A stretch of 64,000 nt of DNA from Chara braunii (taxonomy: Eukaryota > Plantae > Charophyceae). The translations under genes were made by a program, and so were the position numbers. Of the stretch, positions 39,944-53,684 are shown one piece after another; position 1 is the stretch's first letter; each line of letters begins with the position of its first letter. The notes beneath the pieces were generated by a model that worked only from the letters and a program-made list of their open reading frames with translations, was not told the origin of the DNA and searched no databases. The stretch lies in NCBI GenBank assembly GCA_003427395.1, contig BFEA01000011.1, forward strand, positions 6,130,157 through 6,194,156. The letters are read 5' to 3'.

Positions 39944-40673
39944 GGTTCCAGTCTATTGATGGGAAGCTGCACCTGCATGAAACCGGTTGGTACACGAGCA
40001 ACATGCTACAAAATGCTCACAAAGAGTGCAATTGTGACTGTCAAAAGATAACTGAAAGATTTCTGGTCATGAATGACAAGTCGGAGGATAACAACACAGT
40101 ACTCGTACACATCATATAAAATGTGCAATGACAAACAACACATATTAAGCGGGTAGATGCAAATCTGCAGTGGGATGCTATTGGCTTTGAAGTTTGAACT
40201 AAATTTGATTCACCCCTACTCGGGACGAGTTCGAGGGTCTGCGCGAGTAGAACAGCCCCCCGCTAGCCACTGCCACGTCACAGGCTGACGTGGCCTCTTG
40301 GTGGAGTAGGGGTAGTACGAGGGGCAGTGTCCCCTGGAAACTTCGGCTCCCGCGAAAACCGCCATAGCTGCTGCCAGGATCAGGCAGCGTGAAAGCGCCA
40401 TGTGGCGTTGATGGCGGGCAGCGGAGAAGGCGTGGAATGACTGAACTGCGTGGGGAATACTGAGGTGAACATCAGATTATATCAACAATCATGGTGAGTG
40501 ATGGACGGCATGCGGCTGCGGAGGCGCTACAAACAGCCATAGACAGTGGGTTGTGGCAAGGGAAGGACGGCACAGGACTTCGGTAATACATCGCGGAGAC
40601 ACGAGCGGCGATAAAAAAAGGGTCATAGGGAGTGAGGAAGGACCAGTGGGGAGGAGGAGGGGGCGAGTAAAAG

Positions 40674-41073
<400 letters not shown>

Positions 41074-42249
41074 TGATAGGAAGAGGGGATCGGAGGGCAT
41101 CAAAGGGGAGCGTCTGCATTGAGAAGAACAGGTGGAAGTAGTGGTGGTATACAGGGATCACAGGGTGTGAGAAAGGACCAGTACGGAGGTGGAGAGGGCG
41201 AGCAAAGGAGGAGTGTGAAGGGGAAGAAGGATCAGAAGCTCACGGTGAGTGAGGGTTGCAGATGCGATAGGAAGAGGGGATCGGATGGCACCAAACGGGA
41301 TTGTTTGAAAACCATAATAAAAACAAGTGGGAAGGAAGGGTGAGGGGTGGAGGGAGAGTGCCGAGAGCCGGGAATTCACGAATTGAGAAAGGAAAGAGGA
41401 GGCGGTCGCGGGACGTCAGACCGGAAAACACCTATTGACGCGATGATAGGGGTAAGCGGGTGAGAGGCGAAGCATAGTAGGTCAACTCACCTCTTCCCAT
41501 CCTTCTCCTTCCTGCCTGAGATCCTTCCCAGAGGACCCATGCCGGGCCAGTCGTGAAGTTCAAACAGATGAAGGAAAGGAAGGAACACCATGGAGAACGA
41601 ACGAAAATTTAAACAAAATATAAAATGAAGAAAAACAATGGAAAATAAATGAGACAAACGAAAAGAAATAAATAAGCAAGAAAAGAACAAAGAATGTAAA
41701 CAAAGAGCCCAGGGGAAACAAAACACAGAAACACAGAAATAAAAACAACAAAAACAACAAAACAACAGGAATAAATACGAGGCACTGAAGCTCTAGGCCG
41801 ACGGGAGAGAGGGTCGCCTCTCCTTCCCAACATCTGCTCGCACCTTGGAGTTCCCTGCATCTGCACAGCTAACCCCCAGGGATCTATATGGAATGACGGT
41901 GGTGAGAGTGTCGATGATGAAGGGTAGGAGGCCAGGTACACTGCTAAGGCACCACAGAAACTGGGGCAGTCATCCCCATGGTCGGTAGGAGCTCACCCCG
42001 GAGAGGACGGAGATGGAACACAGGGCAGGAGCCTGCGGAATAAGAGGGGGAAGGAAGGAGATGTGGTGAACCGGGGACGGGAGGAAGATATGGTCATGAA
42101 TGAAGCAGGGGTAATGCTATCAGAGGAGGAGAGGAAGGAGGGGGGGCGCTCCGAGGGGGGCCCGGGGACGGGGAAGGAGGGGGGGAAAAGAAGACGCAGG
42201 TGGTGAAGGTGAACGGTCAGCAAGGGGGAGAGGAGCAGCAACCATCATG

Positions 42250-45200
42250 GGTGAGTACGGTGCGGAACACGATGCAAGACAAAACATTGTGTGTCAAAAG
42301 GATTCAAGATTGGGAACAAGATGGATTGGAGGGACAGGATGCAAACCTATAGATCCCCCTTAAGAACTGTCCCCTGCCCGGGCGTATTTTCTCACCCTGT
42401 TTCTTCCCCCAGCGGACAACAATGTGACAGATAAAGGGGGCAGGAAAATTCTGATTAGAACCTATCCAACAAGCAAAGTGGCGGAAAGGGAGAGGATATA
42501 CACACAGTATGGTAGCAACTGGGTATTCCACGACGATGCTGCCTACAAATCCATCAACAAAAAAATTAAGTGGATTTGTAAGTAGTTGGAGGAGATGAAA
42601 GGGAATTCGGTGGCTCTTCAAGAGTATTTTATGATACAGCCCATCTCCTCCACGGTCTGCACGGTCTTGTCAATGTCTGAAGAAGACAAGCACCACATGG
42701 ACAACTGGAAGAGACCGTGTGGCAGATCGGAGGTGCGCATCTATCCCTGGCTCCCTAAAAAATTGGGGCCAAAGGAAAGATGGGAGCAGATGATGCGTGA
42801 TTACTACTGGGTTGAACTGAGACATATCCTAGTGGAGATACAAGCTACTTTCATCCACTAGTTCGGCCAGCAATATAACATTGTAGATTTCATTGAGCCA
42901 TTCCCGTCATACGTGTCGAAAATAGATGATTGCGTCATGCTGGCCATCGATCTGCCACAGGATCAGCTCTTCACCATTGAGGACATTATCCCATTCAAAA
43001 TGGGGGGGAGGATATACCAGGTGCATACGGCCCACACGACCTTGGTGCTTCAAATGTCGGGCGTATGGTCACCTGGGTACAAAGACCGCTTGCCCCCACC
43101 ACCCTCTTAAACGCGAGAGGGTCACAGACAAATTACAGCAGGACCCACTCTCCTCTCTCAGGTGGATGACCGTGGACCCCGGCCACAAAGGCAGGGAGTA
43201 CGTGGAAGAGAAGGATGGGAAAGGCCAAGTGAGAGGGTGGGAACGTGAAGGACGGGGAGAGCCAAGATGGGACACCCGGCCCCCCAACGCACGGTATCCA
43301 CCACAGGTGCCGGCGGACAAAAGCCTCCCTACCCCCCCTCCAGCAGCCACAACAAAAGGAAAGGAAACAGGTGGCGCACACATATTTGGGCCAGATGCGA
43401 AACGCTACTTAGCCTCCACTGTTGATAGCATAAGAAAGGTGCAGACAAAAGGAACCCCGAAAAAAGGGTAGGGAAAACCAGAGAGAGGTATGAAAGCCAT
43501 CCGGGGAGGGGGCTTGGCCAACAAACTGTTAAAAGGGATGACAAAATGAGAAGGGAGCAAGAAGGACGAAAGAGGAAGAAATGAGGAAGGCCTGGGGACG
43601 ACAATGGGAACAGGCCAACAGTACACGGGGCATGTCGGAGACGGCGGAGGAAAGGCTAAAGAGCGTGTCAGATTGGATAATACACAACGGTTACCTGCAT
43701 ATCAAGTTCCCAAACCTCTCCGACGAATTCTGGGATGACACGGATAGGGGCCTTATTCCACTCCTAGAGGCTAGCGGGAGTCTCAACGTAATCCTTGACC
43801 ATGGGCTCCCACAAGCGGTTTGTTGGGAAGAGGTCTGCCGCACGATGCTGAGCATTGTGCTTATGAGATATCAGCCCCCTACTCCAATGCAAAGTGGAGC
43901 TTTGGAAGGGGCAGAGGAGGCACAGGGCCGGGGTCCTGGGGAAAAGAAGGAAAAGGAGGATGGGGATGCTGTAGCGGACGGAGTGGGGGGACAAGAAGTA
44001 GCAGGATGGAGACACATACAAAAGGAGAAGATGAAATAAGGAAGCAGGGCTTGGGAGAGGAAAGAGAGGAGAGCGTCCTGCAACAGCCGAGCAGTTCAGG
44101 GCACGATAGTTGAGAAGGGGTGCAGAAGGGGGAAAAAGGAGGGCATGGGCTGAAGGGGGATGAAGAAGCCAAGGAAAAGGAGGGACAACAAACTCGATAA
44201 ACGAGAACTGGAGTGGGAATGGCTGGGATCAATGCGATGGAGGGCACACCCAGGGGAAAGGAAGATGGGGGAGTCTTATCATNNNNNNNNNNNNNNNNNN
44301 NNNNNNNNNNNNNNNNNNNNNNNNNNNNNNNNNNNNNNNNNNNNNNNGGGATCAATGCGATGGAGGGCACACCCAGGGGAAAGGAAGATGGGGGAGTCTT
44401 ATCATCCCCCTCATCATCCCAACAAACCCCGGTCCCCCCCTCAGACCCGCCGGATGAAGGGCTCATGGGAGGCATGTCCTTGAAAAGGGACAGAGGCCTC
44501 AGTCCTTAGCCAAAACAAGGGTCATGGTCGTACCGATGCGGAAGGAGGGGGGGTGGGAACTGGGCTTGACGGACCCGCCCAACTTGCAGTATGGCAGAGT
44601 CACCCTACAAGGATGGGTCCCTAAGGTTCCGCTATGGTTGTCAATGGGGGAAGAAGCCTTCCAGATGGAGATGAGGGAGTTTTTACGTCAAACATTCCAA
44701 CCAGGAGCAATTGCAACTAGGAGAGTCACCTACAGCCAGCATGCGCTCGCAAACACTTATTTATACATGTTGTTTGAGCCAGGCAAGGAAGCTGACCTGA
44801 GGTGGTTCTCACAAAACGCAATGTTCGACCTTCAACTTTTAAAAATTAAAAGCAGCGGAAATTGGACAGACGAAGATGTCAGGGCGACACATCTCAGGAT
44901 TTTGTAGGAAGGCTGCTTGCAAACAGCAGGTGCGAAGGAAGGTGACTGGGATTTGGTGGAGTGGGAAGTATTGTGACGAGAGATGACAACGGCCCGGAAA
45001 AGAGGTTCAAAAAATGAACTTGATAAGGATTCTATATGGGAAGGATAGGGAAGGGGTGAAAGGTAAGAGGAAGGCTGACCTGGATCTACAATCCCTAAAT
45101 GTGAATGGCCTGGCCTCGGCCTCCCCTCAGAAAAAAAAAACAGACAATGTGGGAGCAATTAAGAGGGGTAGAGGGGAGAGACTGGCCAGACGTCATCTGC

Positions 45201-48200
45201 ATTCAGGAAACCCACCTTATGGACACGGCGGAACATCACCATGCATTTCGGGCGCACGCTCCACGGGCCGGAAGTGCGGGGGTGGCCATTTGGGTTTCCC
45301 CCAACTCAAGAATTGAACTTGTACACTGGGAAGTTGACCAAGAGGAGGGGTGATGGGTATATATCCTAGAATGTTGGAGCTGGAAGTAGTGCAGATTGTC
45401 TGTGTGTATGGGCTTAACGAGGTGGGAGCCAGAAGGGTCTTTTTTGAGTCTATCAAAAACAAGATCCCAGATGGGATCCTGACCATCCTGGTGGGGGATT
45501 TTAATGCGGCCCTGGACCGCTGGTTGGACAGATGGCGTCTCCCCTCCCCATGCCCAACATACGTGGAGGTTGATGAACAAATTTTTGCAAATCTATGCGG
45601 GTCGCTGGGCTTGTATGATCCTTTTTGTTCCCGAATAGGCGTGCCTTCTCCTGTTATAGAAAAAATGAACTGGAGAGAATTTCGAGATCAAGAATCGATT
45701 TGATTCTCTTATCACTCTGTCTAGTACCGTGAACATGAGTTTTCAAAAAAAAAAAAAAAAAAGATCAAGAATCGATTTGATATTGATTATCGCAGGACCT
45801 GGAAGGGGCTCTTCAGATAGCAGAGGCATTTCCACAAAGCGTGTACCCCGGACTGGACCATGCAATGTGCACTGTCATCTCTCCCTTAGAAAACGGTCGG
45901 ACCAGGGGGCGGACTTCTTCAAACTCGACACTTCTCTACTAAAAAAAAAAAAAATTCAAAACTTCATTTATGATGTGTGGCAGTATTGGAAATCACACAG
46001 GGATGCACTTCACAATGATATTTTGTGGTTTAATAATGGACTGACTTTTGCTGCCATAAAATCAAGTGAATTCGCTAAGGGCTTGCTGCCCAAAGACATA
46101 CAGAGGAAATGAAATTACACCAACATCATCATCAATTGAAACAACAGGAGGAACAAAATGAGGAAACGGACTTGGGGGGGCTCTCAACTGCCATAGAGGC
46201 GAGAGAGGCGCGCCTGCTAACTTATATGGAACACAGATGGCAAGGAGTACAAATCATAAGGAAGTTGCCCATATATAAAATAGAGGGATTAATGGATGCC
46301 CCTTTTTTTGCCATGTTCAAACTAAGGACGGATAGGACCGCCATAGAAGCATTGCATGATCCGTTACAACCCCAGGGCCCGCTGGCCACGTCGATACCCC
46401 ACTGCGTCCAGATAGCAAGGAGTTTCTTTCAAGACCTCTTTAAGTCACGAAGTAAGGACATATCGTATGAACAAAGAACGACAAATACAGATGAATTCTT
46501 ATTACCACTGCAGAAACACCTCTTGAAGCAACCAAAGAAAACCCTTGAGTTACCTCTGACAAAGGAGGAGGTATGGTCGGCACTGATGTTAATGAAGGAG
46601 GAGAAAAACCCGGCGATAGATGGGCTCCCCAAAGAGTTTTGGGAGACCATGTGGAGTACCCTATCACACGATTTGATGGATTATTACCACGAGGTGTGGT
46701 CACGGGTCAGATGGGGGAATTGGTGGGACAAAGGATTGTCACATTACTGCATAAGAAAAGGGACAAAATGAACAAAAGGAATTACCGACCAATCACCTTG
46801 CTAACAATGGTCTACAAAATGCTGGCAAAAACCTTGGTGAACCGTCTGGTTAGTGTGATGGTAGATATTATTCACCCAACACAGACGGGCTTCATCAAAG
46901 AACACAAAATCCAGGACAATATCTTACTGGTCAATGAGTTCATTAAACTGTCAAGATGATCTAAGGATAATGCTACCATTATCTTTGTAGACTTTGAAAA
47001 AGTGTATGATCACGTTGATTGGTTCTTCCTAGACAAGTGTATGGAAAGAATGAACTTTGGGTCAACCTTTAGAAGGTGGATTGAGATCCTACATCTAAAT
47101 GCCATAACGACGATCCAGGTGAATGAAAGATTGACACCTTCCATCCACCTGGAGCGGCCGGTGCGACAAGGGGACCCCATTGCCCCCTTCCTTTTCGTCA
47201 TCGTCATGGAGGCCCTAACAACAAATTTGAGGGCCCATAAGAACCTTCGTAAAATACAGATCTTCTTCATCCCAGAGGATGCAATTCCGGTTTGTTCACT
47301 CTTTGCAGATGACCTTACCATAATGGCAGATGCATCCCAAGAAAACATGCTGGAGGTCCAAGCACTACTGGACCGTTTTTGTTCCTTGTCAGATATGACA
47401 GTCAACTGGGTCAACAAAGCACAGGGATGGTGGATACACTACCAAGGGGGGAGACCGTTGGAAACCCCCAGTATTAGATAGATGCCTAAAGAAGCCCCAA
47501 TCAGAATACAGGGGGTTCATATGACAGCAGAGGGGCGGCCACCATTGAATGACGAGCGGCTCACTCAACCGGTCCTCGAAAAATTGACCCACTGGAAGGA
47601 CCGACAGACCTCACTAATGAGCCGCTCCTTGGTGATCAATAACGTAGTCATGACAACCCTATGGTACAAGACCACAATCTGGACTCTCAGCAAACCTGCA
47701 GCCGCTTCCCTTCAAAGACAGGTGGCGGTCTGCGTATGGAGAGGAAACCATGAGTGCCCTAAAGTTATCAGTAGAGTGGCCTAGTTGTCAGTCATACAAC
47801 CTAAATCTAGAGGAGGATTGGGGATTGTCAATCCAATTACCCAGGCGATGGCCCTAGCCCTCCAATGGGTGAAAGGTCTGTTGTTCTCTACGTAGGCGCC
47901 ATGAAAAGAAACCCCTGGCACTGCAGCAAATAGTTAGGCTGGCGCCACTTGCCCTCGAGGCCGATCCAGAAACATGGCTTGATGACAAATATTGGACTAT
48001 AGCTAGGAAACCAGCGCGAGCCAGCAATGACGGGGAGTCCGATAGACATGCATCCAGACAAGACTTAAAAAAGGACCCCCTTTGGGACACCATACTGAGG
48101 ACATGGCGGAAGCTGCCCTGATAAAGTCCCACCCAAGCGCTGGAAAGAAGTGACCCCACAAACCGATGGATAATAGACCAGTATAGCAGGGTCCTCCACA

Positions 48201-49967
48201 GCAGCAAGAACCCTTGGAGAGGTTGGGTCAGGAATGGGATCCTGAGAGTCAAAGACATCTGGGATCAAGAAATCAAGGACTGGCTGTTGGAGACCCAATT
48301 GAGGAGAAACTGAGATATTGTCATAAGGTGGGAGAGGCGATGGAAACGGTTAATTTTTGCTATCCCCCTGCATTGGGTCCAGATCCTTCGGAAAAGGCCG
48401 TTGGTGGAGGAAGGGGATTGGGTAGAGTTCTGGGGAACAGGAGGGGTGATTGGAAACATAGTATATACCCAACCAACGGGTGCGGGGGAGGAACAGGAAG
48501 TGGTTGCCAATCGGTTCAGGATAAGGGCAGATAACAGTTCGGAACGGATACAACCAAAAGAAACAGGATGGTACCCGAGGGCTGGGGTTTTCCAGATCCA
48601 CGTCCCTAAGGAGAAAGACCAATGGTGGGCATACAAACCAAATAAACCAATTCAGGAACTCTCCCTGGATCCCAGTGAATGGGTATGAACTCTTCAATAT
48701 GGTAGGGGAAGATCTGGGAAAAGGCGGCTGCATATGCTTTCGGTCAAGGCCACTTACCGAATGCTGCGACCAAGAGTTAAATTGAGGAATGTGGTTGAGT
48801 TGCGCTGGATGAAACATCTTAACATAGGTAGGGATACACTGTGATCAGTAAAGTGGTTTAAGGCAAATAAGGCTATGCCAGCAAAACTAGCCCCAGTACA
48901 ATGGCAAGTGGAACACAAGTGCCTGCCGACCAATGACTGGTTAATAAACAGAACGCACCTAGAACAAAAGTGGTTGGTGTTTCCCTGGTGCAGGCTATGC
49001 ACAAAATCTTTTCCATCCAAGAAATGGCCTGAGACGATAGAACACATGTTTCTGCAGCGCCCGGCAGTGGTATGGCTGTGGAGGTGGTGGGACGGCCTCT
49101 GGAGACAAATGGGCGCTTCACAGCCCTGGCCATGGGACTGGAGGGCTCTCCTCTGCGAAGCATGGGCCCGGTGCAAGCCATCACCTTATGTTTAAAGTGG
49201 GGCGCCAAGCCATTATCTGGGCTATCTCGTGGCGTGGGTGCACACTGGACATGGAAGGGGTTCGCCGGGATGGCACAAAGTTCATTAAGTCCATTAAGGA
49301 ACAAATACAAGAAGATATCACTATCCAAAGGGTAAGAGTAAAACAGAAGATCACATTTCTACACTCCAAACAGGAAATCAGACAAAATATTGAAAGCTTC
49401 AGCGAAGATTGGCTGGGCGGGGATCAAGGGGGTTGGATTGCAAAGGTTGCGTGGAAGGGAAGGGAGAGGGGGGGGAATGAAGTAGGAGACAGAGAAAGGG
49501 GACTACCATCTATGCTTTCTGGACTGGACGAAGATCGACCCCTCTATCCCGCTTCGGCTTCTTGCAGTTTTCGTTGAATTTTTCCTACCTCCACCCCTGG
49601 CTTTGGTGGACATGGAATGGTATGGGGGAGGTAGTGGGTAAATGGCAGATCGGGGGTATGCGGGGCAAGGAGGTAGGGGGCTGGGCAAAGGTAGGTCTAG
49701 GTAGGGGAAGGAAACCCCAGGCAGGTTGGGAGATGTCGGAGACCTTCGGGGTCAGGTTCATCTGGCTGCGGGTTACGTACTTGCAGGGATCTGTCTTCTG
49801 TTGAAAGGGACGCTGGACCCGTTTTCCAGCAGGTGATGCTCCCCACCAATAGATGGGGCCTCCCTCACAGTACTAGAGGTGTCTGCTCTTATCAGCACCC
49901 CTAGGAGAGTGTTTGCTGTATTAACAACAACAACAACAAAAANAAAAAAAAAAACAAAAAAAAAAAA
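42250..49967 (+). mobile_element. Degenerate near-full-length L1/Tx1-type LINE (ORF1 with Zn knuckle; ORF2 APE-RT-Zn finger; A-rich tail). The 5' end may extend to ~40200.
   Basis: CFKCRAYGHLGTKTAC; SLNVNGL, ICIQETH, VGDFN, SRIDLIL; NYRPITLL, DFEKVYDHVDW, VRQGDPIAPFLF, LFADD; CRLC..ETIEHMF; (AAC)n-poly(A) at 49923-49967. Confidence 0.9.
45705..45761 (+). mobile_element. 57-bp poly(A)-tailed retroposed insertion within LINE ORF2
   Basis: Perfect 20-bp TSD AGATCAAGAATCGATTTGAT (45685-45704 and 45762-45781) and a 3' A-run. Confidence 0.85.
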
Positions 49968-50035
49968 CATGAAAACGATAAGCTAGAAATAAAATAAAGA
50001 AAAAAAAAAGAAAAAGAAAAAAGAAAAAGAAAAAC

Positions 50036-50209
50036 GAACCATGACCAGCGTAATCGCCCACCTGCAGGTCGGGAGCAGCCCCCGCATGATCTCTCGTGAA
50101 CAGGGATCTGGCTGCTACGGGGTTCCCCGTATGCCTACAATTAGTAGTAGTGGTGGGTAGGTAGTTAGTGTGAGGTGAAATTGAGAGAAGAACGTAGCTT
50201 TTAAAAAAA
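50036..50209 (+). mobile_element. 5'-truncated retroposon 3' tail with hairpins
   Basis: Stems GCAGCC/GGCTGC, GATCTCT/AGGGATC and TACGGGG/CCCCGTA, then an A-run. Related ends occur at ~2635-2680 and ~55225-55294. Confidence 0.55.
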
Positions 50210-51057
50210 TAACGTTAAGCAAAGGATTTTTTTTTTTTTTTTTAAGCAAAGGATATTGCATTAAGTCCGTACTTTTTTATTGTTATTCAGATTTATTTGC
50301 GTAATGAAGATTACTACACAGCTGTCATGTACGGTGAAAGTTGCAGTAACTATCTGTATTTGGCCTGAAAGTTGCCCTAAATTCTGGTATGATGACCATG
50401 TGTTGTGTTCGGGGGAATATGGCAGGGCAAGAGCTCACTCAGAACACAGCCATACTGAGCACTGAAAGATGCACTAATTATCCGCATACGACCTGAGACT
50501 TGCACTACTGTACCTGGCCTGAAAGCTGAACTCAGTACATGTATCTCGCCTGAAAGCTCGACCTAGTACATGTAGCCAGACTACCAAGTAAATAACGGGG
50601 GGGCATTATAGTTGGGGGAATAGGGTCGGGCAGAACAGAACGCCAAAGTGCTGCTGTTACTCAATACGCAGGGGAAATACTAGATGGGAAGCGCCGCCAC
50701 TGACAAAATGCTCAGTCTTTGCGTAAGACGCGCCCCGTCCTCCCCCCGCCCCCCCCCAATGCTCAGTCTTTGCGTTAGCCACGCCCCCTCCTCCCTCCCC
50801 TCGGGGGAGAACAGATTGCAGATTCTTGCCTCAGTAGTCGCCTGGCTGCAAAAGCTCTGGAACAACTCTTCAAGTAGGCAGGGGACTTAGAGATAGCTGC
50901 CTGTGCTGATAGTCTTATATATTGTACGACTACCGTCCACCAGCTCATCTAAATACCCAGTCAAACAGCATTGATGGCTTCCTCAGAGAAGGACTCGGTA
51001 GTGGTCAACGGGGTAAACTGTTTTCATTGCTGAAATCAGTTTTTTTTGGCCAAATCG

Positions 51058-51200
51058 TTTTTTTTTTCGTTTTTTTATTAACCCAGTTTCCCTGCTACTA
51101 AGGGGGACAATACGAGCGTTCTCCCCTAGTCGGTCTCCTGGATGCTCCAGTCTATTGGTGGGGAGCCTCACCTGCTGGAAATCGGGTCCAGCGTCCCATA
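51058..51200 (-). mobile_element. 5'-truncated LINE 3' end related to the 42-50 kb LINE
   Basis: Minus strand GGGACGCTGGACCCGATTTCCAGCAGGTGAGGCTCCCCACCAATAGA nearly matches 49807-49853, followed by an A-rich tail. Confidence 0.8.
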
Positions 51201-51283
51201 AGACATGAAAGTTCTGCTTTTTACGCTGGACACACAGGCCCAGCGTCCATCTATGACTACTGTCCTCCACATCAGTAGTCTTC

Positions 51284-51445
51284 CTTTTCTAAAAGGGCTA
51301 CGGCCTTGAGATATCGTCATTTGAATTTTGAACTGAACGGCCCCAGGTAATTCAGAATTGCAGTATTTTAGTCAACTGCATCCAATGGAGTTCGAACTCA
51401 GGTCTGTATTTCAACAGTTCAGTGGTGTACCACATGAGCTGGGCC
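51284..51445 (-). mobile_element. tRNA-derived SINE, copy 1
   Basis: B-box GTTCGAACTCC and shared body GAACTGTTGAAAT...AATTACCTGGGGCC...ATATCTCAAGGCC. Confidence 0.7.
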
Positions 51446-52515
51446 AGTTGGCGGCGGTACCTCAATAGCCTTCCTTATGACTCCAGCCTCTCTTATCAAA
51501 ACCTGACCGGTCCAGCAGATATTCTGCATCCCGGTGCATGGGAGGTCTGCAAAGTCGTAAGAGCACATATGGGGGTGATGCCTTGCCTCCAATCCTCCGT
51601 CCGCCTATCAAGACGCTCAGACTGTGTGTTGTCATGTTGGCTATGCACAACTCCACAAAAAAAAAAAAAAACTGTGCCAGACTGTGTCCTCGGACTTTCA
51701 CCAACTCATCAGGGGGTTGAAGCCCCTATAGACAGTCTGCCCAGGACGCATTTGACGAACGGATGAGGACTCACCACATCGCCCAGAGTTAAACTTAGCA
51801 GTACCCCTGAGAAAAAAGGTTGACTTCACTCACACTAAACCTGCAATCCTAGCAGACTGTCGGTCGAGACCCCTGACAAGAACAGCAGTGAGTCTGAGGA
51901 CAGTGCATATGGAGTCTATGGACGATTGGTGCGAGGTAGGTCGACAGTTAATCCTTTGGTGAAGAAGCAAACAACGTTGTTTGACCGGGTATTAAAATGA
52001 AATAGGAAATATGTAGATGTACGTCTACTACCGTCTTCACCCGAATAGAACACCCATCGCCCGGTCATTATAGCTGTATTTTGCACAACTTTCAGTCCAT
52101 ATGCAGCTATAATTACCCGGCGTTTTCTTCGGGTGAAGACGGTAGCAGGGATGACCCCAAGCAGCAGCCACGATTCCCTTAACCTCAATGCGGACAAGGG
52201 TATCATGCGCGTGTGTATGTATTCACATATTTCCTGCCAGTGTTGGTAAAACCAGAGTCACTAATATGCACTCATATTTTCTGCCAGTGTTGGTGAAACC
52301 AGACTCGGTCTGATGCCTCCCAGAAAAGAAGGGACGTTTTCATTGAACAACAAAATAGGTAGCTTAGGCGTCCCTTTTCAAGTCTTTTTTCGACGGGTAA
52401 TCCCAAGGTTTGGTTACTGATTCTGGCTGTCTTTGCACGTGTGTAGTCCGACCTGGCTAACTGCATGATGCACACTGTTTACCTTTTTTTTTCTTCCGGT
52501 TTTTAAACTTTTTTT

Positions 52516-52614
52516 CCTGTGGCCTGATGGACTGCAGATCAGATATTAAACTGATCAGAACAGAATACGACACTTTATCTATTTTTAGCCAAAAGGCCCA
52601 GCCGAGAAAGGTAT
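52516..52614 (-). pseudogene. U2: U2 snRNA 5' fragment (3'-truncated, degenerate retrocopy)
   Basis: Minus strand ATACCTTTCTCGG(CTGG)GCCTTTTGGCTAA...AAGTGTCGTATTCTGTTCTGATCAGTTTAATATCTGAT, followed by A-rich sequence. No Sm site. Confidence 0.88.
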
Positions 52615-53470
52615 CTGTTAAATTCTGTTTAGCTATGTTGCTTCTCAGGCACAGCAGGGAGAGAGCCTTGATGGCGCTAGCGGCCAGCATCGCCTCAGGA
52701 TGAGAATAGCATTCCGGATACCAAACCAGAAATAGCAATTCAAATACCAGACCAGAATAGCATTAATTTTTTGATACCAGACCTGTGCAGCTCCTTGCTG
52801 GCTTCTTTCCCAGAACAATGCCACAGTATCATGACCTGTACTTGGACCGGAAACAGGGAAAGTATATACACTATTATACAGTCATGTTGGGGAGTTATAT
52901 ATTTGGGAGAAGAAAATAAGGGGTGCCGGTTATTACCAGATCAGCTAAGTCTATTGTTCAGCGTTAGAAGGTCCAACTTGGCATAACCGTCTCTCTGCAG
53001 AGACAGACTACACAACTAGTATGCAGCATTGATGCCAACAGTTTTGGGCCTATGGTCAATTGAGCAGAGACTGTTGGGAAAGTACCGAGAAAAATCATGA
53101 GAGCAAGGGCATTGCTGCGCTACAATCGTCCCGGAACATTCAGAATGTTGAACTCCTCCGGATGCACCTGCTCCAGAAAGGCATCCAAATTCATGTAGAA
53201 TGTTGAGTAGTGGAACGAGGACTCAGTAGTTGCACCACTCACCATCCACCAACAATCTGACTGTATCTAGATGTGTCCAGATGCATTCACAATCTTGGCA
53301 GATGGCCAGTGGTGCAACTCGGCCCGTAGCTACTACCTTCCTCTCAGACTGGTACTACTTAGTTGAGGACGAGAGCGAGAGAAAAACCGCGACAGCTGTA
53401 AATTCTGAGTTGTATATATAATTTTTTCTGAGTTGTATATATCATTTTTTCTGAGTTGTATATACAAACC

Positions 53471-53550
53471 AGAATCTGATTTCAAAAGCAATGCAGCAGG
53501 TGAGCAGTTCCACAGTTCAAGCTGTTGCATTGCTTTTGAAATCAGATTCT
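53471..53550. repeat. 29-bp near-perfect inverted repeat (hairpin)
   Basis: AGAATCTGATTTCAAAAGCAATGCAGCAG and CTGTTGCATTGCTTTTGAAATCAGATTCT, with a 22-nt loop. Confidence 0.85.
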
Positions 53551-53684
53551 GCAGTTTTCACAGGAGCTTGTGGAGGGCTGCTGAAAACATTCTGCTGAAA
53601 ACTTTCCCTCCACAAGATTCTGCAGTTTTCACAGGAGGGTGCGGAGGCTGCTCACTTCACAATTTGAAGCACAACAACAGGGCT

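Noticed and set aside
40200-40440. HDV-like ribozyme at the putative LINE 5' end
   Set aside because: Hairpins are present, but the nested double pseudoknot could not be built by eye.
44223-44404. Direct duplication around an N gap
   Set aside because: Identical copies flanking a scaffold gap are typical of an unmerged contig overlap.
50035-50110. U3 snoRNA-like words (GAACCATGACC, TGAACAGGGATCTG) and nearby 5.8S-like GAAGAACGTAGC
   Set aside because: The matches are short, out of order and do not extend.
52990-53340. Possible host-gene exon
   Set aside because: No recognisable domain, stops in the candidate frames, and no supportable splice structure.
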